Part shown: positions 8,697-17,770 of the stretch, one piece after another
Layout: every line of letters starts with the position of its first letter
How positions within the stretch are numbered: position 1 is the first letter of the stretch
DNA from: Candidatus Eiseniibacteriota bacterium
GTDB lineage: Bacteria > Eisenbacteria > RBG-16-71-46 > SZUA-252
Length of the DNA stretch: 64,000 nucleotides
Direction: 5' to 3'
NCBI GenBank assembly: GCA_031370645.1
Contig: JANMQV010000003.1
Span: 15,435-79,434 of the forward strand
Translations under genes and position numbers: made by a program
The notes under the pieces: generated by a model
The model's database searches: none
The model's input: the letters and a program-made list of their open reading frames with translations, nothing else
What the model was told of the DNA's origin: nothing

Positions 8697-11043
8697 GGCG
8701 CCCGTTCTCCCGTTCGCCGAAGCCGATCCCGCGGCTCTGAAGAAGTTGCTCGCCCAAGAAGGCCTCCGGCTCGCGCCTGGTGAAGTGGCGAAAATGCTCG
8801 AACTCCTCGGGCGAAACCCGACGCGCGTCGAGGCGACCCTCTTCGACACGATGTGGAGCGAACACTGCTCCTACAAGAGCAGCCGCCGCGTATTGAAGGC
8901 ATACCTGCCGACGGAAAGTCCGGACGTGATCCTCGGCCCGGGAGAAGACGCCGGCGTCGTTCGCTTCGGGACGCATAACGGCGTCGAGTACGCCCTCGTG
9001 ATCGGGCACGAGAGTCACAACCACCCCTCGCAGGTCGTTCCGGTCGAGGGTGCCGCCACCGGCATCGGCGGCATCGTTCGCGATATCAACTGCATGGGCG
9101 CCGAGGTGATCGGGGTCCTCGACGCGCTCCGCTTCGGCGATCCCGAAGGACCGCGGGCCGCGACGGTGCGCGAGATCGTTCGCGGCGTGGTGGACGGCAT
9201 CTGGCAGTATGGCGACCCGCTCGGCGTTCCGAATTTGGGCGGCGATGTCTTCTTCAGCGGCCGCTACGACGAGAACTGCCTCGTGAACGTCGTCGCGCTC
9301 GGACTCGTGCGAAGCGATCAGGTGGTTCGGAGCCGCGTGCCGGATGCGGCAAGGACGGAAGCCTACGTGCTGGTCCTGGTCGGGAAACCAACGGACGAAT
9401 CGGGATTTGGCGGCGCCTCCTTCGCCTCGGCCATTCTCGACGAGGATGCCGAGGACCAGCGCGGCAAGGTCCAGGTTCCCGATCCCTTTCTGAAGCGCGT
9501 TCTCTTCGAAGCGAATCGTGCGGCGCTCACTTGGCTCCACGCCCAGGGCGCGCCGTTCGGATTCAAGGATCTCGGCGCCGGCGGCATCGCCTGCGTCTCC
9601 TCGGAACTCGCGGCGGCGGGCGGCTTCGGCATGGATGTCGACCTCGACCTCGTGCCGACGCCGGAAGGGGAGTTCCCCTCGGAAGTGCTCGCCTGCTCCG
9701 AAACGCAGGAGCGCTTCGCGTTCGTCGTGCCGGAGCGTCTCGCGCCCCGTCTTCTCCAGATCTATAACGAGGAGTACGCGCTCCCGCTTGTCTATCACCG
9801 GGCCCGCGCCGCCGTCGTCGGCCGCGTGCGGACCGATGGGCGCTACCGCATTCTCCGCTTCGGCCAGACGGTCTGCGACGCTCCGGTCGAGGTCGTGACG
9901 GCGGGAATTCAGCACGACCGCCCGCGCCGAGCCCGCGCCGCGGCACCGCCGGAGTCTCCGCTCCCGCCCGTTCGCGACCACGACGCGCTCTTCCGGAAAC
10001 TGATCGCGTCGCCGAACCTTGCGTCGCGGGAGCCGATCGTTCGCTACTACGACACCGAAGTGCAGGGGCGCGCCGTTCTCCGCGCCGGCGAGGCGGATTC
10101 GGGAGTCTTGGCTCCGATCCCGGGGAGCAAGCTCGGCTGCGCGATCACGGTGGATGGGAATCCCTGGTACGTTGCCGCCGATCCCTATTGGGGCACGGCG
10201 CACGTGGTGGCCGAGTCGCTCCGGAATCTCGTGGCTGTCGGCGCGCGGCCCATCGCGCTGACCGATTGCCTCAATTTCGGAAATCCCGAGGATCCCGAAG
10301 TCTTCGACGAGTTCGAGAAGAGCGTGCAGGGGCTGGGTGACGCGGCGCGCGCGCTCGGGCCGAAGGGAACGGCGGGGCCACCCGTCGCCATCGTCTCGGG
10401 AAACGTCTCCTTCTATAACGAATCGTCGAATGGCCGCGCCATCGAGCCGTCGCCGATCATCGCGGCGCTCGGCGTGCTCGATGACTACAGCGTCGCCATC
10501 ACGAGCGGGCTGAAGCGGGCGGGCAACGTCGTGGTTCTGACGGGCGCCCGCGAAGCGCGGCTCGGCGCCTCGCAACTGCGCCACGCCTTGACCGGCGAAA
10601 CCGGCGGACAACTTCCGACCCTCGATTTCGAGCGCGAGCGACGTCGCACCTACGCCGTGCTCGAGGCGGTGCGCCAGGGGCTTCTCCTCTCATGCCACGA
10701 TTTTGCCGAAGGAGGGCTCGCCATCACCGCCTTCGAGATGGCGCTCGGCGGCTTCGTATCGCAGGGCCTCGGGCTCCAACTTCCGATCTCCGCGCTCGGT
10801 GACACGTCTTCCGAAGTGAGGCTCTACTCTGAAGCGCCCGGCTTCCTGATGGAGGTTCGGAAGGAAGCGCTGCCCCGCTTGATGGCGCTCTTCACGGAGC
10901 AGGGAGTCGACGCCACCATCACCGGCCGCGTTTTGGCCGAGCCGCGGTTCAAGGTGCTCGACGGCGGCGCGACCCTTATCGACATCGATCTCGCGGAGGC
11001 CGCGCGCCTCCATTCCGACGGCATTCGACCCTACGTGGAGTAA
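8662..11043 (+). CDS. purL: Phosphoribosylformylglycinamidine synthase subunit PurL (small type); TTG 8680 is an alternative start
   Basis: MWSEHCSYKSS, ESHNHPS, GAATGIGGIVRD, DLGAGG, SETQER, DCLNFGNP, SGNVSFYN. Confidence 0.96.
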   Translation: MSWEPRLPPTAEAPVLPFAEADPAALKKLLAQEGLRLAPGEVAKMLELLGRNPTRVEATLFDTMWSEHCSYKSSRRVLKAYLPTESPDVILGPGEDAGVVRFGTHNGVEYALVIGHESHNHPSQVVPVEGAATGIGGIVRDINCMGAEVIGVLDALRFGDPEGPRAATVREIVRGVVDGIWQYGDPLGVPNLGGDVFFSGRYDENCLVNVVALGLVRSDQVVRSRVPDAARTEAYVLVLVGKPTDESGFGGASFASAILDEDAEDQRGKVQVPDPFLKRVLFEANRAALTWLHAQGAPFGFKDLGAGGIACVSSELAAAGGFGMDVDLDLVPTPEGEFPSEVLACSETQERFAFVVPERLAPRLLQIYNEEYALPLVYHRARAAVVGRVRTDGRYRILRFGQTVCDAPVEVVTAGIQHDRPRRARAAAPPESPLPPVRDHDALFRKLIASPNLASREPIVRYYDTEVQGRAVLRAGEADSGVLAPIPGSKLGCAITVDGNPWYVAADPYWGTAHVVAESLRNLVAVGARPIALTDCLNFGNPEDPEVFDEFEKSVQGLGDAARALGPKGTAGPPVAIVSGNVSFYNESSNGRAIEPSPIIAALGVLDDYSVAITSGLKRAGNVVVLTGAREARLGASQLRHALTGETGGQLPTLDFERERRRTYAVLEAVRQGLLLSCHDFAEGGLAITAFEMALGGFVSQGLGLQLPISALGDTSSEVRLYSEAPGFLMEVRKEALPRLMALFTEQGVDATITGRVLAEPRFKVLDGGATLIDIDLAEAARLHSDGIRPYVE

Positions 11044-11045
11044 TC

Positions 11046-11888
11046 ATGGCCCGCGCGGCGGTTCTTCAGATTCCCGGCGTGAATTGCGAATACGAGTCGG
11101 CCCGTGCCCTCGAGGCGGTCGGCATCGAGGCCCGTATCATCCGGTTCAACGAAGCCTCGTCCGTGCTCTCGGAGTTCGATGCATTCGTCCTCCCCGGCGG
11201 TTTTGCGTTCCAAGACCGGATCCGCGCCGGGGCCGTGGCGGCGAAACTTCCGGCCGTGGAACGGATCGCGCGCGAATCGGAGTCGGGAAAGCCGGTGATC
11301 GGCATCTGTAACGGCGCGCAGGTACTGGTGGAGACGGGAATCGTGCCGGGCATTCACCCTGGACGTGTTGAACTCGCGCTCGCGCCGAATCGCGCGCCGC
11401 GGCGCCCGGGGTACCAATGCCGCTGGATTCACGTCCGTCCGAGCGAGGGCCCGGGCCGCGCCACGTTCGCCGCCACGATCGCGCTCGATGAATTCGTCCC
11501 GCTCCCGCTCGCCCATGGCGAAGGCCGCTTCACGACGGCCGATCCCGACGTGCGCGCGCGGATCGAATCGCAAGGGCTCGTCCTCTTCCGCTACGTCGAT
11601 GGGGCGGGCCATCCCGCGGACCACTATCCCGACGACCCCAACGGCGCCATGTTTCAGGCAGCCGGCATCACGAACGTCGCCGGAAACGTGCTCGCCTTCA
11701 TGCCACACCCGGAACGCGCCGCCTGGCTTCGCATGATGCCGCAAGACTGGCCCGGTGCCTGGGGCGAGCGGCGCCGCGCGGTGATCGGGAAGTTCGATGC
11801 GCTCGAGGGAGCGGGGCCTGGAAGGTTCCTCTTCGCCTCGCTGGCGAAGCGGCTCGGCGTGTCGACCCCGCAGGGGGCGCCCGCATGA
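11046..11888 (+). CDS. purQ: Phosphoribosylformylglycinamidine synthase glutaminase subunit
   Basis: PGVNCE, PGGFAFQD, GICNGAQ nucleophile, AHGEG, MPHPER. Confidence 0.95.
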   Translation: MARAAVLQIPGVNCEYESARALEAVGIEARIIRFNEASSVLSEFDAFVLPGGFAFQDRIRAGAVAAKLPAVERIARESESGKPVIGICNGAQVLVETGIVPGIHPGRVELALAPNRAPRRPGYQCRWIHVRPSEGPGRATFAATIALDEFVPLPLAHGEGRFTTADPDVRARIESQGLVLFRYVDGAGHPADHYPDDPNGAMFQAAGITNVAGNVLAFMPHPERAAWLRMMPQDWPGAWGERRRAVIGKFDALEGAGPGRFLFASLAKRLGVSTPQGAPA

Positions 11889-12481
11889 GCGCGGTTCTCC
11901 TCACGCGACTCAAGATCACCGATCTCACCGCCCTCACGGCGCTCGAGGCGGGGCGCCGCATGCTGCCGGAAGGCCATGCGCTGGAGCGGATTGTCCGCGA
12001 GGAGCTCTTTCTCTTCGAGCCCGAGTCGGGCGTCGCTCCGGCAGCGTTCGAGCAACGGCTTCACGAAGCGATTGAAACCAGTAACTTCTTCGTGAATCCA
12101 AACAAGGAGCGCTTTCGCTTCCTGACGTCCGGGCAACGGGGCGCCACCTGGAGCCCGCCGGAAGGAGCCTGGGGGATTCTCGCCCGATCGCGCGACGACA
12201 CTCGCGACGAAGGGCTTCGGGCGCGGCTGCTCCGCGAGCATCCGCTTCCGGGGCTTGCGGCCATCCGCCGCGCTCGCGCCTGGTGGCTCTGGACGCGCGA
12301 CGCGAGCGGTGCCCCCGCAAAAGAATATTTCTACGTGCGACTCGGTCCGCTTCAGGGCCCGTCGAAGGGACTTCTGTTGAATCCGCACGCCGAGGCGTCG
12401 CTTCGGATCTTCGGCGACGTGGCGTGGAAGGACGTGGAACGATTCCTGGCGGAACCGGCGCTTCAGCCGGCGGCCGCCTGA
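11885..12481 (+). CDS. Putative tandem (fused-dimer) PurS-like protein
   Basis: Between purQ and purF with ATGA coupling; two ~90-aa halves each ending in a PurS-like NPxxE motif (FVNPNKE, LLLNPHAE). Confidence 0.55.
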   Translation: MSAVLLTRLKITDLTALTALEAGRRMLPEGHALERIVREELFLFEPESGVAPAAFEQRLHEAIETSNFFVNPNKERFRFLTSGQRGATWSPPEGAWGILARSRDDTRDEGLRARLLREHPLPGLAAIRRARAWWLWTRDASGAPAKEYFYVRLGPLQGPSKGLLLNPHAEASLRIFGDVAWKDVERFLAEPALQPAAA

Positions 12482-12498
12482 GGAAGGAGATTCCCACT

Positions 12499-13965
12499 TT
12501 GGCATTGCCGGTCACGCTTACGGAGAGCAGTCGGACCCGAACCGGGGCGCACGGCGACCACCTGCGCGAAGAGTGCGGCGTGTTCGGCATCTGGGGCGCG
12601 CCCAACGCGGCGCGGCTCGCGTACGCCGGGCTCTACTCGCTTCAGCATCGCGGACAGGAGAGCGCCGGCATCGTCGCGACCGACGGCGTGGAATATCGCC
12701 TCCACCGCGGCGTCGGCCTCGTGTCGGACGTCTTCGGCGTGGGCACGCTCGACAAGCTTCAGGGACATATCGCCATCGGGCACAATCGCTACTCCACCAC
12801 CGGCGGGAGTCACATCCAAAACGCGCAGCCTCTCGTCGTGAACTTCCGGGAAGGGAAGCTCGCGATCGGGCACAACGGAAACCTCGTGAACGCCCTCGAA
12901 CTCCGTCGCGAGATGGAGGAACAGGGGTCCATCTTCCAGACGACGAGCGACACGGAAGTGATCCTCCACCTGATCGCCCGCTCGAAGGCGACAGAGATCG
13001 AACGAATGGTCGCGGAGGCGCTCGCGCGCTGCCAGGGCGCCTACTCGCTCGTGCTCTTGGCCGGCGAGAAGCTGATCGGCGTGCGCGATCCGAGGGGATT
13101 CCGCCCTCTCTGCCTCGGCCGCCGCGGCGACGCCCACGTCCTCGCGAGCGAGACCTGCGCGCTCGACATCGTCGGAGCCACGTTCATCCGCGAGATCGAG
13201 CCGGGCGAGATGGTCATTCTCGACAGGGACGGCGTTCGCTCGATCAAGATTCTCTCGCCGGAACCGATGCGGGCCTGCGTCTTCGAACTCATCTACTTCT
13301 CACGCCCCGACAGCGTGGTCTTCGGGCTGAGCGTCGATTCGATCCGCCGAAAACTGGGCCGCCGCCTGGCCGATGAACACCCGGCCGAGGCCGACATCGT
13401 TATCGCGGTTCCCGACTCGAGCAATTCCGCGGCGCTTGGATTCTCGGAACAGTCCGGCATCCCGTTCGAACTCGGGCTCATCCGAAACCACTACATCGGG
13501 CGGACCTTCATCGCGCCGGAGCAGATCTCCCGCGACTTCGGCGTGAACCTCAAATTCAACCCCGTTCGGCGCATTCTGGAAGGGAAACGGGTCATCGTGG
13601 TGGACGACTCGATCGTCCGGGGGACCACCAGCCGAAGCCTCGTCGCGATGCTCCGCGACGCGGGTGCTCTGGAAATCCACTTCCGCGTCTCGAGCCCGCC
13701 GATCGGCTGGTCGTGCTACTACGGGATCGACACGCCGAACCGTCGCGAACTGATCGCCTCTTCCCACACGGTCGAGCAGATCCGGAAATATCTAAACGTC
13801 GACACGCTCGGCTATCTCTCCATGGAGGGCCTGCGGGCCTGCGTGGAGCGCCCGGACGACCACTGCTACGCTTGCTTCAGCGGCGAGTACTCGGTTCGGT
13901 TCGGTGCGGACATGGACAAACTCGCCATGGAGCGGGGCGCGACCCGCCCCGTGGAGCTCGCCTAA
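12499..13965 (+). CDS. purF: Amidophosphoribosyltransferase with propeptide, Fe-S type
   Basis: EE/CGVFG processing site, LQHRGQESAG, VVDDSIVRGTTS, Cys motifs CVFE, CYYGID, CYAC; TTG 12499 after AGGAGA. Confidence 0.96.
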   Translation: MALPVTLTESSRTRTGAHGDHLREECGVFGIWGAPNAARLAYAGLYSLQHRGQESAGIVATDGVEYRLHRGVGLVSDVFGVGTLDKLQGHIAIGHNRYSTTGGSHIQNAQPLVVNFREGKLAIGHNGNLVNALELRREMEEQGSIFQTTSDTEVILHLIARSKATEIERMVAEALARCQGAYSLVLLAGEKLIGVRDPRGFRPLCLGRRGDAHVLASETCALDIVGATFIREIEPGEMVILDRDGVRSIKILSPEPMRACVFELIYFSRPDSVVFGLSVDSIRRKLGRRLADEHPAEADIVIAVPDSSNSAALGFSEQSGIPFELGLIRNHYIGRTFIAPEQISRDFGVNLKFNPVRRILEGKRVIVVDDSIVRGTTSRSLVAMLRDAGALEIHFRVSSPPIGWSCYYGIDTPNRRELIASSHTVEQIRKYLNVDTLGYLSMEGLRACVERPDDHCYACFSGEYSVRFGADMDKLAMERGATRPVELA

Positions 13966-14003
13966 CCCCAGAGTCCCGCAGCCGCCGACCCAGCAGCCAG
14001 GCG

Positions 14004-14030
14004 TCAAGATCACACCCGGCCTGCCGATAG
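14004..14030 (+). promoter_or_regulatory. Sigma28 (FliA/SigD/WhiG)-type promoter TCAAG-N14-GCCGATAG
   Basis: Motif and spacing read directly in the purF-ATPase intergenic region. Confidence 0.6.
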
Positions 14031-14135
14031 ACCGGTGGACGGAGAGGCGAGTTCCGCCCTTCGGCCACCCGGTCTGTTCGCGCGGCGCCGCACTGGTGGC
14101 GCCGCTACAGCAGCAACTTATGGCGGAGTCTTCGC

Positions 14136-16169
14136 GTGACGACGGAAGAGACGAACGGGCGGAAAAAGCTGGGCGAGTACCTTCTGGAAGCGGGGCTCCT
14201 CAACGAGCACCAGCTGAAGGAGGCGCTCCGGCGCCAGCGGCAGACGAAGGAGCCGCTGGGGCAGATCCTCGCGCGGAGCGGGATGATCTCCGAGTCGGAC
14301 GTCTGCAACGTCCTCCACCAGCAGCTGGGCCTACCCGTCATCGACTTTGCGGCGGTCGCCATCGAGGAGAGCGTCATCGCGCTCATCCGAGAGGATCTCG
14401 CGAAGAAATACACCGCCATCCCGATCGAGCTCGAAGGACGGAGCACGATCCGCGTCGCGATGGCCGATCCGCTCAATCAAAGCGCCATCGACGACATCCG
14501 CTTCCAGAGCGGTTACTTCGTGAAGCCCGCGCTCGCCCCGCCGTCGGCGATCGTCGAAGCGATTTCGAAGTACTACCATATCGATGCCTCGGTCGTGGAA
14601 ATCCTCGAGAACATCATCAAGGACGATCCCGTCAGCGAAGTCCGGGAGATCGTCGACGCTCCGCCCGACGCCTCGCTCGAAGAGCTGATGAAGCTTTCGG
14701 CCGGGCCGCCGATTGTCCGCCTCGCCAATTGGGTCATCACCCGAGCCGTGGAGATGCGCGCGAGCGATATCCACATCGAGCCGCATGAGAAGGGAGTCGG
14801 CGTCCGCATTCGCGTCGACGGACTCCTTCAGGACCTTGAGCGGCTGCCGAAGTGGACCCAGGGAGCGCTCACGTCGCGTGTGAAGATCCTCGCCTCGCTC
14901 GACATCGCGGAGAAGCGCCTGCCCCAGGACGGCCGGTTCCGGGTGGAGATGGAAGGGCGCCGCATCGACCTTCGCGTCTCGACCCTTCCGACCGCGCACG
15001 GCGAAAAGATCGTGATCCGAATCGTCGACCAGGAGCGCTCCGCGCTTCGTCTCGACTCCCTCGGCCTTTCACAGGTCAACCTCGACCGAATCAAGGCGTA
15101 CGGCCAGCGACCGCAGGGAATCGTCATGGTGACGGGACCCACCGGCAGCGGCAAGACGACCCTCCTCTACTCGCTCCTGCAGCACATCCACTCGGTGACG
15201 AAGAACATCATCACCGTGGAGGACCCGATCGAGTATCAGGTCGCGGGCGTGAACCAGGTGCAGGTGGACGAGAAGAGCAAGAAGACGTTCGCCTCCATTC
15301 TGCGCGCCATGCTCCGCCAGGATCCCGACGTCATGATGATCGGAGAAATCCGCGACACGGAGACGGCGCAGATCGCCTTCCGCGCCTCGATCACCGGGCA
15401 TCTCGTGCTCTCGACCGTCCACACGAACGACGCCCCGGCGGCCGTCACGCGGCTCGTCGACCTGGGACTCCAGCCCTTCATGGTGGCCTCGAGCCTCGTG
15501 GCCGCGATTTCCATGCGCTTGATCCGGCTTCTCTGCCCGAAGTGCAAGGACGCCTACGCGCCGACCGGAGATGAACTCCGATTGCTCGGCATCTCGCACC
15601 GCGACGCGCGGGACTTGTCTCTCTATCGCCCCGTCGGCTGCGAGCACTGCAGCGAGACCGGCTACCGCGGCCGCACGGGCGTCTTCGAAATCCTGGAGAT
15701 GACCGAGAATGTGCGTCGCCTCGCGGCGGGGCACGCGACCGAGTCGCTCATCCGCCGCGCGGGCATGGAAGACGGGATGATCTCGATCGGTCAGGACGGG
15801 CTCGCGAAGGTGATCGCCGGGGAGACGTCGCTCGAGGAAGTGCGGCGCGTCGTCTTCTACGAGGAGGAGCTCGGCCACGTCTGCGCGACCTGCCGCCACA
15901 CGGTGGCCTCCGATCATCTCTACTGCCCGCACTGCGGCACCCCGAGCGCGACCTCCTGCGTCTCCTGTGGCCGCCGCATCGACGCCGAGTGGGGATTCTG
16001 CCCGACGTGTGGCAAATCCCGCGCGCGCGTCGCGGGACCCGATTCGCCGGTGGCGGAGGAGTTGATCGGCGAGGAGTCCGACCCCGTCGAGAGCGAGCCG
16101 ATTCCCTCGAGCTCGTCCCGCCGCGGTTCGCGAGGCGGGAAGAACGTCGGAGCCACCCGCGAGGCTTGA
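14136..16169 (+). CDS. PilB/GspE family secretion/pilus ATPase with N-terminal MshEN domain and C-terminal double zinc ribbon
   Basis: Tandem (K/P)LGxxLxxxG..LxxQ motif; ASDIHIEP, LPQDGR, GPTGSGKT, EDPIE, LRQDPD, GEIRD, STVHTND; internal tetracysteine; C-terminal CxxC x4. Confidence 0.93.
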   Translation: MTTEETNGRKKLGEYLLEAGLLNEHQLKEALRRQRQTKEPLGQILARSGMISESDVCNVLHQQLGLPVIDFAAVAIEESVIALIREDLAKKYTAIPIELEGRSTIRVAMADPLNQSAIDDIRFQSGYFVKPALAPPSAIVEAISKYYHIDASVVEILENIIKDDPVSEVREIVDAPPDASLEELMKLSAGPPIVRLANWVITRAVEMRASDIHIEPHEKGVGVRIRVDGLLQDLERLPKWTQGALTSRVKILASLDIAEKRLPQDGRFRVEMEGRRIDLRVSTLPTAHGEKIVIRIVDQERSALRLDSLGLSQVNLDRIKAYGQRPQGIVMVTGPTGSGKTTLLYSLLQHIHSVTKNIITVEDPIEYQVAGVNQVQVDEKSKKTFASILRAMLRQDPDVMMIGEIRDTETAQIAFRASITGHLVLSTVHTNDAPAAVTRLVDLGLQPFMVASSLVAAISMRLIRLLCPKCKDAYAPTGDELRLLGISHRDARDLSLYRPVGCEHCSETGYRGRTGVFEILEMTENVRRLAAGHATESLIRRAGMEDGMISIGQDGLAKVIAGETSLEEVRRVVFYEEELGHVCATCRHTVASDHLYCPHCGTPSATSCVSCGRRIDAEWGFCPTCGKSRARVAGPDSPVAEELIGEESDPVESEPIPSSSSRRGSRGGKNVGATREA

Positions 16170-16194
16170 CCGCCCGGTCGCCCCTCCCTAGAAT
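16166..16194 (+). promoter_or_regulatory. Sigma70-type promoter TTGACC-N17-TAGAAT for lysS
   Basis: Near-consensus hexamers with 17-bp spacer; -35 overlaps the upstream stop. Confidence 0.65.
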
Positions 16195-16266
16195 CCCCCG
16201 ACCCTACGACCGCGACGGCATCACGCCGAAACGCGGGATCCCGCAGGGAGTTCCAGCACGGGGCCC

Positions 16267-17730
16267 ATGTCCGTTCAGGAGATCCGCCGCACCAAGCTCG
16301 ACGCGCTCCGCGCGGCCGGCGTCGAACCGTTCGCCTACGGATTCGACGTCACGCATCGCTCCGCCCGAATCCTCGCCGACGCGGAAGCACTCGAGGCCTC
16401 CGCCGCGCCGGTCCGTTTCGCGGGACGGCTGATGACGAAACGGGGACACGGCAAGGCCTCCTTCGCTCACCTCAAGGATCGCGACGGCCTTCTACAAATC
16501 TATCTCCGCGAGGATACGCTCGGCGCGGAGGGATATGCCGCGGCGCTCGAATGGGATCACGGCGACTGGATCGGCGTCGAGGGGCCGATCTTCAAGACGC
16601 GCACCGGCGAAGTGACGGTGAAGGTGGAGCGCGCCACGTTCCTCGCGAAGGCGCTTCGGCCCCTTCCCGAGAAGTGGCACGGGCTCACCGACGTCGAGAT
16701 CCGGTATCGGCAGCGCTACACCGACCTCGTCGTGAACGACGAGGTGCGTGCCGTGTTCCGCGCCCGTAGCGCCATCGTCCGCGCGATGCGGGCGTTCCTC
16801 GACGACCGCGAGTTCCTGGAAGTCGAAACACCCGTGCTTCAGGCGCTCTACGGCGGCGCCACGGCGCGACCGTTCATCACGCACCACAACGCGCTCGACA
16901 TGCCGCTCTACCTCCGCATCGCGGACGAACTCTACTTGAAGAGGCTGATCGTGGGCGGGCTCGAGCGCGTGTACGAAATCTCGAAGGATTTCCGGAACGA
17001 AGGGATCGACCGGAGCCACAACCCCGAGTTCACCATGCTCGAGTTCTATCAGGCCTTCGCCGACTACGAACAGATGATGGCGGTGACCGAGGCGCTCGTC
17101 GTCCACACGGTACGCGCGGTGCACGACACGCTGGCCATCCCGTACGCGGGAAAGACGGTCGACTTCACGCCACCCTGGCGGCGGCTTCCATTCTCGGCGG
17201 CGGCGGCGCAGGGGCTCGGGCTTCCGTCCGTGCCGGCGACGCTCGACGATCTTCGTGCGGCGGCGCGCCGTGTCGGTCTCTCGGTCGATCCCGCGCTCGG
17301 CTACGGCCGGCTGCTTGACGAGATCGTCTCGGAAAAGGTGCAGCCCGATCTGATCGCGCCGACGTTTCTGACCGACCATCCGCGCGACATGTCGCCGCTC
17401 GCGAAGGCGAAGCGGGGAAACCCCGACGTCGTGGAGCGCTTCGAGGTCATCGTGGCGGGGATGGAAATCGCCAACGCCTTCTCCGAGCAGAACGACCCCG
17501 ACGCGCAGCGGCGCGCCTTCGAGGACCAGATGGAGCAGCGAAAGAAGGGGGACGACGAAGCGCAGCCGCTCGATGCCGACTACCTTCGCGCGCTGGAGAT
17601 GGGGATGCCGCCGACCGGGGGTGTTGGGATCGGCGTCGATCGCGTCGTCATGCTCCTCACCGACCAGCGCTCGATCCGCGACGTGATTCTCTTCCCCCAC
17701 ATGCGTCCCGAGGAGGAGGCGGGCGCCTGA
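16267..17730 (+). CDS. lysS: Lysine--tRNA ligase (class II)
   Basis: PLPEKWHGL, RYRQRY, LYLRIADELYLKRL, FRNEG, HNPEFTMLE, GMPPTGGVGIGVDR. Confidence 0.97.
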   Translation: MSVQEIRRTKLDALRAAGVEPFAYGFDVTHRSARILADAEALEASAAPVRFAGRLMTKRGHGKASFAHLKDRDGLLQIYLREDTLGAEGYAAALEWDHGDWIGVEGPIFKTRTGEVTVKVERATFLAKALRPLPEKWHGLTDVEIRYRQRYTDLVVNDEVRAVFRARSAIVRAMRAFLDDREFLEVETPVLQALYGGATARPFITHHNALDMPLYLRIADELYLKRLIVGGLERVYEISKDFRNEGIDRSHNPEFTMLEFYQAFADYEQMMAVTEALVVHTVRAVHDTLAIPYAGKTVDFTPPWRRLPFSAAAAQGLGLPSVPATLDDLRAAARRVGLSVDPALGYGRLLDEIVSEKVQPDLIAPTFLTDHPRDMSPLAKAKRGNPDVVERFEVIVAGMEIANAFSEQNDPDAQRRAFEDQMEQRKKGDDEAQPLDADYLRALEMGMPPTGGVGIGVDRVVMLLTDQRSIRDVILFPHMRPEEEAGA

Positions 17731-17770
17731 GCGCCCGCGGCCGCGGACGTCGCGGCCGCCCCGCCGATCG

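Noticed and set aside
14097..14112. GG-N10-GC pattern (TGGCGCCGCTACAGCA) as a sigma54 promoter
   Set aside because: Lacks CAC and TT of the consensus, is trivial in GC-rich DNA and lies in a hairpin; the sigma28 match upstream is much better
2844..16267. Possible genomic island between lnt and lysS (prfB often lies between them in other taxa)
   Set aside because: The intervening genes are housekeeping, with no integrase, flanking repeats or visible compositional shift
17736..17760. Hairpin GCGGCCGCG-GACGT-CGCGGCCGC after lysS as a terminator or REP
   Set aside because: No U-tract and no second copy noticed
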